From contig JBDWLM010000003.1 of assembly GCA_039973155.1 (NCBI GenBank), positions 221,823 to 285,822 of the forward strand: 64,000 bases of DNA, in the 5' to 3' direction. The stretch comes from Erythrobacter sp. (lineage in GTDB: Bacteria; Pseudomonadota; Alphaproteobacteria; Sphingomonadales; Sphingomonadaceae). A program made the position numbers and the translations under genes. The notes under the pieces are model-generated. The model had not been told where the DNA came from. It saw only the letters and a list, made by a program, of their open reading frames with translations, and made no database searches. Positions 46,988-56,548 of this stretch are shown here, piece by piece (position 1 is the stretch's first letter; every line of letters begins with the position of its first letter).

Positions 46988-49612
46988 GTGATCTTCTCTA
47001 ATTTCTTGCGTCTCAGTTTAACGGTGGTGTGTTGTTTCACCTGGACTCTGGTACAGGCACAAACCCAGCCGATCACGGTAACTGAATCGTCGCCGATCCT
47101 GGCCCAGTTCGAATACTGGGAAGACCCGGAAGCCGATGCGGACCTCAACCAGGTTCGAAATCTGCCGGATTCCGCGTGGCATCTGGAGCCCTCTGGCAGC
47201 GCCACGTTTGGTAATACGCCCTCGGCCTACTGGTTACGTTTCTCGGTCCGGAACCTCGACCCGGAGGCCGTCAACCTGATTGTTGAGCTGGCGTACTCAC
47301 AACTGGATGACGTGATTTTTCATGTGGTTTCAAACCAGAACCAAGCTCCTGGCCGCAAAACCCAGGAGTTCAAAACTGGCGATGGCCGGCCGTTCTATCC
47401 GCGCCAGGTGGACCATCCGAACATGCTGCTGCGAGTTAAATTGGCGCCAGCACAGACCAAGACCATCTTTGTACGGGTCAAAACCGCCGGACCCACCATC
47501 CTGCCGCTGCGGATCTGGCGTGAAGCGGAATTCTTCAGCGCCGCCACCCATGAACAGAAACTGCACTTCTTCTATTACGGCTGCCTGACCGTCATCATAC
47601 TGATCAACTTGGCGGTGTTCCTGACCCTCAGGGAACGGCTGTACCTGTATTACGCCATCGCCATTTCCGGCTATCTACTGTTCTTCGCCTCGATCAAGGG
47701 CTACAGCTTCCAGCTACTTTATCCACAGGCTCCGGGGCTGCACGCCAAAGCGATGCTGGCTTCGATGCCCGTGTTGGCGCTGTTTTCGTTGCTGTTCTGC
47801 CGCAGCTTTCTCCGCACCCCGTCTCATAGCCCCAGGCTCGATCTTGCGATACGGGTGATGATCGGTTTCGAGGTGATTAATTTCATCGGCGCCATGATGC
47901 TGGACTACAACGTTGCTATCAGGCTGTCTTCAATATCGGCGTTGGTGTTCTTTTCTCTGTTGTTTGTGGCTGGCCCCGTTACCTGGGCTGCTGGTGTTCG
48001 AGCCGGAGCCTTTTTTACCGTGGCCTGGACCCCGCTGACGGTAGGCGTGCTGGCAACCGCCGGACGGGCGCTGGGTTTCTTCCCGACCAACTTCATGACC
48101 GAACACGCCATGCAGATTGGTTCCGGACTGGAGGCATTTATCCTGACCCTGGCACTGGCGGATCGCCTGTACCGCGAACGGGAGGACAAGATCATCGCCC
48201 AGGCCGACAGCCTGCGCCAGGAGAAAGCCCGGAACGACGCCCGCCAGGAACTCACCGAAGCCATGACCCACGATCCGGTCACTGGGCTACCCAATCGCAA
48301 CCGGTTCGAGTGGATGGTGAACAACCAACTGGCTGAGGATCCCCAGGGCAATTACATGGTGGGCGTGGCCCGGATTACCCGGCTGGATGAGATCAACCGT
48401 ACCCTGGGACTCAATCGCAGCGAACGTTTGCTGAAGCGCCTGGCCGAACAAATGACCGCCATGGCCATTCAACTGCCGGAAGTACATCGAGTTCGCGATG
48501 ATCAGGGCCGAGACGAGTGCGTTTATCAGCTGTCTGGTGACTGCGTTGGCATTCTGGTGCACGCCGACAAGATTGCCTCCGACCTGGAGGGCCTGAACCA
48601 GGCGCTTGGGCTGCTATCCCTCCCGGTGCCACTCGATAACCTGGCTATTGAACTGCACCCGAAATTTGGTGCCGCCCGTTATCCGGAACACGGTGACAAC
48701 GCTGCGTTATTGATCCGGAATGCTCACGTGGGCATGGAAATCGCGCCCCGGGGCCTATTGGCGACCGGTTTCTACAGCCCGGATCTGGATATCTACAGTG
48801 AAGGCCGGCTGACCCTGATGTCGGATCTCCGGGAGGCCATCCAGAGCGACCAGACCATTCTCTACTACCAGCCCAAACTCTCCCTGGTGACCGGCCGGGT
48901 GATTGGGCTGGAGGCCCTGATTCGCTGGCATCATCCGCAACGGGGCAGTGTCAGTCCGGCCGACTTCATTCCACTGGCGGAAGAAACCGGGGTTATTCAC
49001 CAGCTGACCCGCTGGGCCGTTGAGCGCGGGATTCGCGACCTGGCCGGCCTGCAGAGTGATCACCCCGGGCTGGGCCTTTCGATCAATATTTCGGCCCGGG
49101 ATCTGTCGTCACGCAGCCTGAAGGGGCACATCGAATCCGTCCTGGGCCAGCACCGGATACACGCCCAGCGCCTGACTCTCGAACTGACCGAGACCGCCGC
49201 CATGGAAGACCCGGAGAAAGGGCTGCTGGCGCTGAAAAGCCTGGCGGATGCAGGTATTGGCATCTCTATTGATGATTTTGGCAGTGGATACTCGTCGCTG
49301 TCCTACCTGAAGGAACTGCCGGCCACCGAGATCAAACTGGACCGTACCCTGGTGACCGATGTCTGTGCCAGTGACAGCTCCCGGGTGATTATCGAAACTG
49401 CCATCAATATGGTGCACGGTCTGGGCTACAGCGTAATTGCCGAAGGCGTTGAAGACGAAGCCACTGCCCGACTATTAAAGGGACTTGGCTGTGACAAATT
49501 GCAGGGCTACTGGCTGGGCCACCCGATGCCCCTGGCGGATCTGCAACCATGGCTCGCGTCATGCCCAGAAGCTATATTGAGCATTTTTCAGCCGGAAACC
49601 ACCGACAAATAA
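46988..49612 (+). CDS. 7TMR-DISM receptor with degenerate GGDEF and intact EAL domain (c-di-GMP phosphodiesterase)
   Basis: 874 aa with a GTG start. Signal peptide plus an extracellular DISMED2-like domain (AYWLRFSVRN), then 7 TM segments. The GGDEF site is replaced by SGDCV. The EAL set is complete: EALIRW, ELTE, DDFGSGYSS, EGVE and QGY. Confidence 0.85.
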   Translation: MIFSNFLRLSLTVVCCFTWTLVQAQTQPITVTESSPILAQFEYWEDPEADADLNQVRNLPDSAWHLEPSGSATFGNTPSAYWLRFSVRNLDPEAVNLIVELAYSQLDDVIFHVVSNQNQAPGRKTQEFKTGDGRPFYPRQVDHPNMLLRVKLAPAQTKTIFVRVKTAGPTILPLRIWREAEFFSAATHEQKLHFFYYGCLTVIILINLAVFLTLRERLYLYYAIAISGYLLFFASIKGYSFQLLYPQAPGLHAKAMLASMPVLALFSLLFCRSFLRTPSHSPRLDLAIRVMIGFEVINFIGAMMLDYNVAIRLSSISALVFFSLLFVAGPVTWAAGVRAGAFFTVAWTPLTVGVLATAGRALGFFPTNFMTEHAMQIGSGLEAFILTLALADRLYREREDKIIAQADSLRQEKARNDARQELTEAMTHDPVTGLPNRNRFEWMVNNQLAEDPQGNYMVGVARITRLDEINRTLGLNRSERLLKRLAEQMTAMAIQLPEVHRVRDDQGRDECVYQLSGDCVGILVHADKIASDLEGLNQALGLLSLPVPLDNLAIELHPKFGAARYPEHGDNAALLIRNAHVGMEIAPRGLLATGFYSPDLDIYSEGRLTLMSDLREAIQSDQTILYYQPKLSLVTGRVIGLEALIRWHHPQRGSVSPADFIPLAEETGVIHQLTRWAVERGIRDLAGLQSDHPGLGLSINISARDLSSRSLKGHIESVLGQHRIHAQRLTLELTETAAMEDPEKGLLALKSLADAGIGISIDDFGSGYSSLSYLKELPATEIKLDRTLVTDVCASDSSRVIIETAINMVHGLGYSVIAEGVEDEATARLLKGLGCDKLQGYWLGHPMPLADLQPWLASCPEAILSIFQPETTDK

Positions 49613-49617
49613 CCAAG

Positions 49618-49941
49618 TCAGCGCCGGTGGTACAGTGCCCGCAGCTCATCCTTCGCGGCCTCCAGTCGGGCACGCTTGTCAGCAGGGAGCCGGCGTCCGG
49701 CCCGGTTAATGTAAAAGGTCAGCATCGACATCGCGGAGCGGAATGGGTCAGCTTTGCGCCGCTGGCTACGCTCGGCAGAACGCTTCAGCGAGAGTGCAAT
49801 CTCCCTTGGATCCTCAAGTGCAAACACCCCGGTTTCCAGATCCAGGGCATCACTGCTGTCTGTGACCCGTTGCGACCAGCGTTTACGCGCCTTGTGGGAC
49901 CGTTTCCATTGTCCGCCAGTGGAAGAAGGTTGCGTGGCCAT
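49618..49941 (-). CDS. DUF3175-family basic protein
   Basis: Start trimmed to ATG 49941 (MATQPSS...). A highly basic protein of about 107 aa. The family call is from memory. Confidence 0.55.
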   Translation of the reverse strand: MATQPSSTGGQWKRSHKARKRWSQRVTDSSDALDLETGVFALEDPREIALSLKRSAERSQRRKADPFRSAMSMLTFYINRAGRRLPADKRARLEAAKDELRALYHRR

Positions 49942-50069
49942 GACAGATTCCTCTTTTTGGCTTGTGGCGGAAATGACCAAGTATGTGTCATTTCTGACCG
50001 TCTGCTTTTGTCAGGGCTTGTGCCACACTCAGGTTAGCCAATAACAACACCATGACCGAGCCCTGATCT

Positions 50070-52181
50070 ATGAGCGACCTCAAGACCCATTATCGAACCT
50101 GCAACATTTGCGAAGCCATGTGCGGCCTCGAAATAAAGCATCAGGACGGCAACATCCTGTCGATCAAGGGCGACAAGGAGGATCCGTTCAGCCAGGGCCA
50201 TATCTGCCCCAAGGCCGTGGCGTTGCAGGATTTCTACCACGACAGGGACCGCCTGAAAACGCCGCTCAAACGCACCAATAATGGCTGGCAGGCGCTCAGC
50301 TGGGAGCAGGCCTACGACGAGATCGCCACCCGATTCCGCGGCCTTCAAGCCGAACACGGCCAGGATTCGGTCGGGGTCTATCTGGGCAATCCCAACGCCC
50401 ACAACTTTGGCAACGCCATCATGCTGCCGCGCTTTTTCAAGGCTCTGGGCACCAATAACCGTTACAGCTCCGCCTCCGCCGACCAGCTTCCACACCACGT
50501 CGCCTCCAATTACATGCTCGGCGCCGGCATGCTGATACCGATTCCGGACATCGACTACACCGATTTCATGTTGATCATCGGTGCCAACCCGATTGTCTCC
50601 AACGGCAGCCTGATGACGGCCCCGGGCGTAGGCAAACGCCTGAAGGCCATTCAGGACCGGGGTGGCAACGTGGTGGTGGTCGATCCACGCCGCACCGAAA
50701 CCGCGAAAAAGGCCGATCAGCACCTGTTCATCCGGCCGGAAACCGACGCCCTGCTGATGCTCGCCTTGGCCCACACCCTGGTTGAAGAACAGCGCGTGGA
50801 TCTGGGCCACCTGGAACCCATCATTGCCGGCCTGGACCAGTTGGCAGAGGCGGTGAAACCCTACAGCCCGGAGGCCGTCGCCGACGCCTGCGGCATCGAC
50901 GCCACTACCATCCGCAACCTGGCACGGGACTTGGCTGCGGCCAAAAGCGCGGTCTGCTACAGCCGCATGGGTGCCTCCACCCAATCCTTTGGCGGCCTGT
51001 GCCAATGGCTGAACAATGTGCTGAACCTACTCACTGGAAATTTTGATCGCCGCGGCGGCGCCATGTTCCCTCAGCCGGCGTTTGATCTGGTGCGCGACAA
51101 GAAAGGTAAACCCAGCTCTTACGGTCGGTTTGAGTCGCGGGTGCGAAAATTGCCCTACTTCAACAACGAGTTCCCGGTCGCGACCCTGGCCGACGAAATT
51201 CTCACCCCGGGCGAGGGCCAGATCCGGGGCATGATCACCATCGCCGGTAACCCGGTGCTGTCCAGCCCCGGCGGCGCCCGCCTGGAACAGGCATTCGACA
51301 GCCTCGGCTTCATGGTGTCGGTGGACATCTACCTGAACGAGACCACCCGCCATGCGGACATCATCCTGCCGGCCACCACCGGCCTGGAAGTGCCTCATTT
51401 CGATGTATTCTTCAATTCCTTTGCCGTGCGCAACACCGCCAAGTTCTCCGAGCCCATGTTCGAGAAGACACCGGACCAGAAGCACGACTGGGAAATTCTG
51501 CGGGATCTGGCCCTGCACCTGACCGGTCGCGAGGACGACGGCGTAACCCCGGAGATGATGCTGGATGGCGGCCTGAAACAGGGGGCTTATGGCGAACAGG
51601 GCATGAGCCTGGCCAAGCTGAAAGCCAACCCGCACGGAGTTGACCTGGGACCTCTGCAGCCCTGCCTGCAACAACGACTACAGACTGAAGACGGACTTAT
51701 CCACATCGCGCCCCAGCTGTACCTGGACGACCTGAAACGGCTGGACGCCTCCGGACTGCTGGACCAGGCCCGGAACCCGGACTACCCGTTCGCCATGATC
51801 AGCCGTCGCCTGCCGCGCAGCCACAACACCTGGACCCAGAACTCCCATCGCTTGGTGAAAGGCAAAAACCCATGCACGGTGCAGATGAGCGTCGCCGATG
51901 CTGAGCGGCTTGGCCTTAAGGACGGTCAGTTGGCACAGGTGGCGTCGCCCACCGGAAGCATTCAACTGCCGGTAGAGATTAACGATGACATGTTCGAGGG
52001 GGTGGTCAGCATTCCCCAGGGCTGGGGTCACAATCGCAGCGACACCGGCATGACCGTGGCGGAGGCACAACCGGGAGTCAGCATCAACGACGTTACCGAT
52101 GCCCAGCGCATTGATGCACTGACCGGCAACGCCGCCTTCAACGGTACCCAGGTGGCAATTAGCGCAATTGCCCTAGCCTAA
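50070..52181 (+). CDS. Molybdopterin (bis-MGD) oxidoreductase catalytic subunit
   Basis: 703 aa. N-terminal 4Fe-4S motif CNICEAMCG...C(P) and the length and architecture of the DMSO-reductase superfamily. No partner subunits are adjacent. Confidence 0.85.
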   Translation: MSDLKTHYRTCNICEAMCGLEIKHQDGNILSIKGDKEDPFSQGHICPKAVALQDFYHDRDRLKTPLKRTNNGWQALSWEQAYDEIATRFRGLQAEHGQDSVGVYLGNPNAHNFGNAIMLPRFFKALGTNNRYSSASADQLPHHVASNYMLGAGMLIPIPDIDYTDFMLIIGANPIVSNGSLMTAPGVGKRLKAIQDRGGNVVVVDPRRTETAKKADQHLFIRPETDALLMLALAHTLVEEQRVDLGHLEPIIAGLDQLAEAVKPYSPEAVADACGIDATTIRNLARDLAAAKSAVCYSRMGASTQSFGGLCQWLNNVLNLLTGNFDRRGGAMFPQPAFDLVRDKKGKPSSYGRFESRVRKLPYFNNEFPVATLADEILTPGEGQIRGMITIAGNPVLSSPGGARLEQAFDSLGFMVSVDIYLNETTRHADIILPATTGLEVPHFDVFFNSFAVRNTAKFSEPMFEKTPDQKHDWEILRDLALHLTGREDDGVTPEMMLDGGLKQGAYGEQGMSLAKLKANPHGVDLGPLQPCLQQRLQTEDGLIHIAPQLYLDDLKRLDASGLLDQARNPDYPFAMISRRLPRSHNTWTQNSHRLVKGKNPCTVQMSVADAERLGLKDGQLAQVASPTGSIQLPVEINDDMFEGVVSIPQGWGHNRSDTGMTVAEAQPGVSINDVTDAQRIDALTGNAAFNGTQVAISAIALA

Positions 52182-52365
52182 TGACACAGGCCTCGTGCGG
52201 CCGGAAAGAATACCCTGTTCCAGGCCGGTGTCCATCACGCCAGTGTAGGGGAAAGCACTGTCTTTGACGGAGTTTTTGAAAACTGCCCTAGGGAACCTTT
52301 TTCGTCGGACCCTCGTGATCTGTACCGTAAACCTGTAAATTTGAAACCTGTATCTCACGTTCGAA

Positions 52366-54867
52366 GTGGCGCACGATTACATATTTCCACTCACCGCCCC
52401 TAACGCACGTCAATCATTCATGCGCAGCGCAAGAGGTCAGGTAATGGCAGGCGGCTACTTGGGACCAAAATACGAAGCGCTCAAGCAGCAATATGTGCGC
52501 GGTTTGCCCAGCCGTCTGGATGAGTTGCGATCGTCCTGGAGCCGGCTTCAGCACGTAAGCTGGGATGCCAAGGCCCTAACCTTCATGGAGCAGTGCGCCC
52601 ACAAACTCGCGGGTAGCGGCGCCACCTTTCAGTTTCCGGAGATCACCGAAACCGCCCGGGTGCTGGAAGGCCAATTGCTGCAACTGCTGAACAAACCCGA
52701 CGCCACTCCGGCGGAGCGCAGTCAGATCGAAGCCTCCCTCGGCCACCTGGGCCAGGCCATGGATGAGGCGCTCAACACGGTCACGTCGCAACCAGATCCT
52801 GCTGCGGCACCGGCAGCTGCAAAGAACCACTACCGTATTGCCGTGATCGAAGACGACCTCAGTCAAGCCGCTTTCCTGAAAACCTGGCTGGAACAACGCG
52901 GCTTTACCGCCCAGACCTTCGAGACCCCGGAGGCCTACAACCGGCGTACTGACGACCACAGTCACCATCTGATTCTGCTCGACATCAGTTTTCCCCAAGG
53001 CGCACTGGAGGGCATTGCCTGGCTGGAACGCCTGAAATGCCACGTAGGTGCCAACACCCCGGTGATCATGATGTCGGCCAGAAGCGACATGGTTGCGCGC
53101 ATGCGCGCTCTTCGCGCCGGCGCCGATACCTATCTGACCAAACCCCTGGACCTTGGGGTGCTGGAAAAACGCATCGGCCAATTGCTGGAGCACACCCTCA
53201 CCACAAAACCGCGCGTGCTCTGGGTCGACGACGACGCTGATTTGCTGGCCTACTACAAGACCATGCTGACCGTCGAAGGCTATGAGGTGGAGGGGCTGTC
53301 CCAGCCAATACGAATACTCGAGCGTATCGAGCAATTCCAGCCAGACGCCCTGGTGCTGGACCATGAAATGCCCGGCGTACAGGGTTTGGAATTGGCCCAG
53401 GTGCTCCGGCAGGATGCCCGGTACATGACCATTCCCATCCTGTTCGTGTCAGCCTCCCAGCAAGTGGCGGAACAGCTGGAGCGACAGAGTATGGCCGGCA
53501 ATCCGATCTTCACCAAACCGCTGGACAAGCAACGGTTCCTGAGCGCGCTGCATCAGCACTTGCTGCAGGCTCAACTGCTCACGGCTCGCATCAACCTGGT
53601 TAGCCAGCGCAGAGAAAGCCGGAGCTTACAGAACCACGACTACTTCCTGACCGAGCTGGCAACCCTGCTCGCATACGTGGAGGCCGCCCCCGAAAACCGG
53701 TCCCGCTGCCTGGTGCAAGTAGGCATTGACCGTGAAGAGTACCTGCGCGCCCAACATGGCGCCCGAGCTCTCGCCACCCTGACATCGCATATGGCAACCC
53801 ACTTCGCCAACCAACTGGGCGCCAATGACTCAGGCTGTGCCCTAGGAGGGGGGAGCTTTCTGTTCCAGGTGAATGCACCGGTAACCGGGGATGCCGATGC
53901 CTATCTGGATAGCTTCCATCAGCGCCTGCACAGCACTACCTGGACTGTGGGCGAGCCGCCGAAGCCGGTCACGCTCAGCATGGGTGTGCTGCCGCTGAAC
54001 GAAGCCATGAACGAAGACAAAGCCCTGCTCGACGTGGAAAAAGCCTGTGCCGAGGCCATTCAGGCCGATGGCAGTTGCGTGGTATGGCATCAAACGACGG
54101 AACGGTCTGATCGCAGCCAACTGGATGATCGGATTCGGGAATTGCTCGAAGCCCGCTCGTTTCGGCTGCACTACCAGCCAATCGTGAACATGGATTCCGG
54201 GGACACCCTGTTCGAGGCCCTGGTGCGTTTGGTTGACGAAAACGACGCCGTATACCTGCCCGGCCAGTTCCTGGCTCAACTGGCTGAAGGCAACCACGGA
54301 ACCCTTTATGACCTGGATCGCTGGGTGGTTGAACACGCAGTGGAGGGGCTGTCGAAACTGGCGGGTAAAGCCTCTGCCAGCCACGCCGTGGCCATCAAAC
54401 TGTCGTCCCCAATGGCGGACGTGGCAAAATTGGTGCCGCTCATCAGCACCGGCATACGCAACGCCCGCATCAAGGGTAAACGCCGGGTCTACCTGGCGCT
54501 CTCAAGCCCAACCGTGATTAAGGACGTCGCTTCGGCCAGGCAGGTGCTGAGGGTAGTGCAGGACATGGGATGCGGTCTGATCATTGAGCACATCGAAACG
54601 GGCCCGGCATCCGTTGAGCTGTTGAAAGAGCTGGGGGCGGTGGATTTTGTAAAGCTAGCCTCGAAGTACGGCACCAGCGCCGAACAGACACCGGAGCTGG
54701 AAGACTTACTGCGTCAACTGACTGGCATCTTCGGCTCCAGCCTGCCGATTGTGGCAACCCACGTGGAAGACGCCAAAGCGCTATCGTGGTTCTGGGAGCG
54801 TGGCATTCGCAATTTCCAGGGGCACTTTATCCAGGCGCCGGAAGTGGCGATGAATTTTGAGCTTTGA
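52366..54867 (+). CDS. Hpt-REC-REC-GGDEF(degenerate)-EAL(degenerate) hybrid signalling protein
   Basis: About 810-833 aa. The tracked start is GTG, with in-frame ATGs at 52420 and 52444. Hpt motif is HKLAGSGATF. Two receivers both keep the acceptor Asp (LILLDISFP and LVLDHEMPG). GGDEF reads GGGSF. In the EAL domain EAL is retained but DDFG reads EHIE. Confidence 0.8.
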   Translation: MAHDYIFPLTAPNARQSFMRSARGQVMAGGYLGPKYEALKQQYVRGLPSRLDELRSSWSRLQHVSWDAKALTFMEQCAHKLAGSGATFQFPEITETARVLEGQLLQLLNKPDATPAERSQIEASLGHLGQAMDEALNTVTSQPDPAAAPAAAKNHYRIAVIEDDLSQAAFLKTWLEQRGFTAQTFETPEAYNRRTDDHSHHLILLDISFPQGALEGIAWLERLKCHVGANTPVIMMSARSDMVARMRALRAGADTYLTKPLDLGVLEKRIGQLLEHTLTTKPRVLWVDDDADLLAYYKTMLTVEGYEVEGLSQPIRILERIEQFQPDALVLDHEMPGVQGLELAQVLRQDARYMTIPILFVSASQQVAEQLERQSMAGNPIFTKPLDKQRFLSALHQHLLQAQLLTARINLVSQRRESRSLQNHDYFLTELATLLAYVEAAPENRSRCLVQVGIDREEYLRAQHGARALATLTSHMATHFANQLGANDSGCALGGGSFLFQVNAPVTGDADAYLDSFHQRLHSTTWTVGEPPKPVTLSMGVLPLNEAMNEDKALLDVEKACAEAIQADGSCVVWHQTTERSDRSQLDDRIRELLEARSFRLHYQPIVNMDSGDTLFEALVRLVDENDAVYLPGQFLAQLAEGNHGTLYDLDRWVVEHAVEGLSKLAGKASASHAVAIKLSSPMADVAKLVPLISTGIRNARIKGKRRVYLALSSPTVIKDVASARQVLRVVQDMGCGLIIEHIETGPASVELLKELGAVDFVKLASKYGTSAEQTPELEDLLRQLTGIFGSSLPIVATHVEDAKALSWFWERGIRNFQGHFIQAPEVAMNFEL

Positions 54868-55006
54868 GCACAGGCGACAGGACCCATACTCAGAATATCG
54901 CTACGGCGATCATTCGATAAAAGCAGCGGGAGAGTAATGGCCACGACCTGGCGCAGGTCCTGAAAAAACAGACAACCTTATCTGTCATTGAGTGTTCCAA
55001 CTCTGC

Positions 55007-56047
55007 TTACTCGTCCATACCTGCCAGCTCTCGCGTCAGATTTGCCGCGGACACTTCTTTACAGCCACTGGCATTCTGCCCCGACCACAGGGGTGAGAAA
55101 TCTCCGCTTCCCTCGGATTCGGCCTTTGCCCGCAGCGGGGCGATAGCAGCAGACGCCAAGGGGAACGCCGGCGCTGTGCCATTCATTGGCCCCAGTTCGC
55201 GCATCACGCGGTTGATGATCCCCCTTGCAGCACCGCCGCTGAACAGATTGGTCAGTGCGGTAACCCTGCTGGCTTTGGATTTCAGGGCAACACGGTGCAC
55301 GGGTTTGGTCTGGGCTTCGGGGCACAACAGATACGCGGTTCCAATCTGGGCCCCGCCCGCGCCGAGCGACATGGCCGCCTGAACACCTTGGGCGTCAGCA
55401 ATGCCGCCCGCGGCGATAACCGGGACCTTCACCACGTCCACCAACTGGGGGATCAGGGCAAAGGTGCCTATCTGGGTATTAAGGTCATTAGACAAGAAGA
55501 ATCCGCGATGGCCACCGGCCTCAAGCCCTTGGGCGATGATGGCATCGACCCCCTGCGCATCCAGCCAGAGCGCCTCATCCACCGTAGTGGCGGTCGACAG
55601 GATCTTTCCGCCCCAACCACGTATCCGATCCATCAGTTCAGGCGCGGGCAGGCCAAAGTGGAAACTCACCACCGGCGGCTTAAATTCTGCCAGCACATCG
55701 GCCATCTCGGCGCTGAATGGCGCCCTGCCCCCTTGCGAGGAAATGGTGCTGGCGTCGATACCAAACTCCTCGAAATAGGGTGCGAGAGTTTTGCGCCACT
55801 GCCGCTCAGCTTCGGCGTCCGGTTCCGGTGGCGTATGGCAGAAGAAATTGACGTTGTAGGGCCTGGAAGTCTGACTGGTCAAGGCCAGAAGCTCTTCGCG
55901 TAAGCCTTCAGGACTGAGCATGGCACAGGGCAAGGAACCCAAGCCTCCTGCATTGGACACGGCCACGGCGAGTTCATACCCCTGTACCCCCGCCATGGGC
56001 GCCTGAATGATAGGAAGATCAATTTCGAACAGTGTCTGGATAGTCAT
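55007..56047 (-). CDS. Nitronate monooxygenase (NMO, FMN-dependent)
   Basis: 346 aa. N-terminus ...IIQAPMAGVQG and the FMN-binding motif AAGGIADAQG. Confidence 0.85.
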   Translation of the reverse strand: MTIQTLFEIDLPIIQAPMAGVQGYELAVAVSNAGGLGSLPCAMLSPEGLREELLALTSQTSRPYNVNFFCHTPPEPDAEAERQWRKTLAPYFEEFGIDASTISSQGGRAPFSAEMADVLAEFKPPVVSFHFGLPAPELMDRIRGWGGKILSTATTVDEALWLDAQGVDAIIAQGLEAGGHRGFFLSNDLNTQIGTFALIPQLVDVVKVPVIAAGGIADAQGVQAAMSLGAGGAQIGTAYLLCPEAQTKPVHRVALKSKASRVTALTNLFSGGAARGIINRVMRELGPMNGTAPAFPLASAAIAPLRAKAESEGSGDFSPLWSGQNASGCKEVSAANLTRELAGMDE

Positions 56048-56098
56048 TATTAGCTCTCAATCAGAGAACCCGCGCTGGTGCTACGGGCATGGGTGATA

Positions 56099-56407
56099 TC
56101 AGAAACTCAACTCAGGAAAAAGCAGCCGCCAGCAATCCTCGGAGCCAGCCAACAGGCTCAAGCCATCGGGCGAAGGTTTAGGGCACGGTTGGGCGTTCAG
56201 CTCCTGTGCAAACGTATCCGCCTTGGGCGAGAAGTAAACTTTAACGTCACAGTGCAAACGACCCTCTGATTCATGGCGGATGAATGCGGCCATGTCAGTC
56301 GGGCTGCCGGCCTCTGCAAAGCCTGACGCAAAACGTTGCTCAATACTGGCTTGTTGTTCGAACGCCAGCATCGCATCGCCTAGACTCTTTACCCGCCAGC
56401 TTCCCAT
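56099..56407 (-). CDS. Hypothetical protein
   Basis: 102-aa ORF co-oriented 51 nt upstream of the NMO gene. No family recognised. Confidence 0.4.
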   Translation of the reverse strand: MGSWRVKSLGDAMLAFEQQASIEQRFASGFAEAGSPTDMAAFIRHESEGRLHCDVKVYFSPKADTFAQELNAQPCPKPSPDGLSLLAGSEDCWRLLFPELSF

Positions 56408-56548
56408 AAAAGCTCCCGTGCCGAACGCTCTGAAAATTCAATCACCAAAGCGTGACGCCATGGCTGGTGAGCGTCAACCGCCCACAAGAAGCCCGGAACC
56501 CGTCAAAGGAGCTGGTGCCAAGCCCATCTTCCACTACTATCAAAGTAG

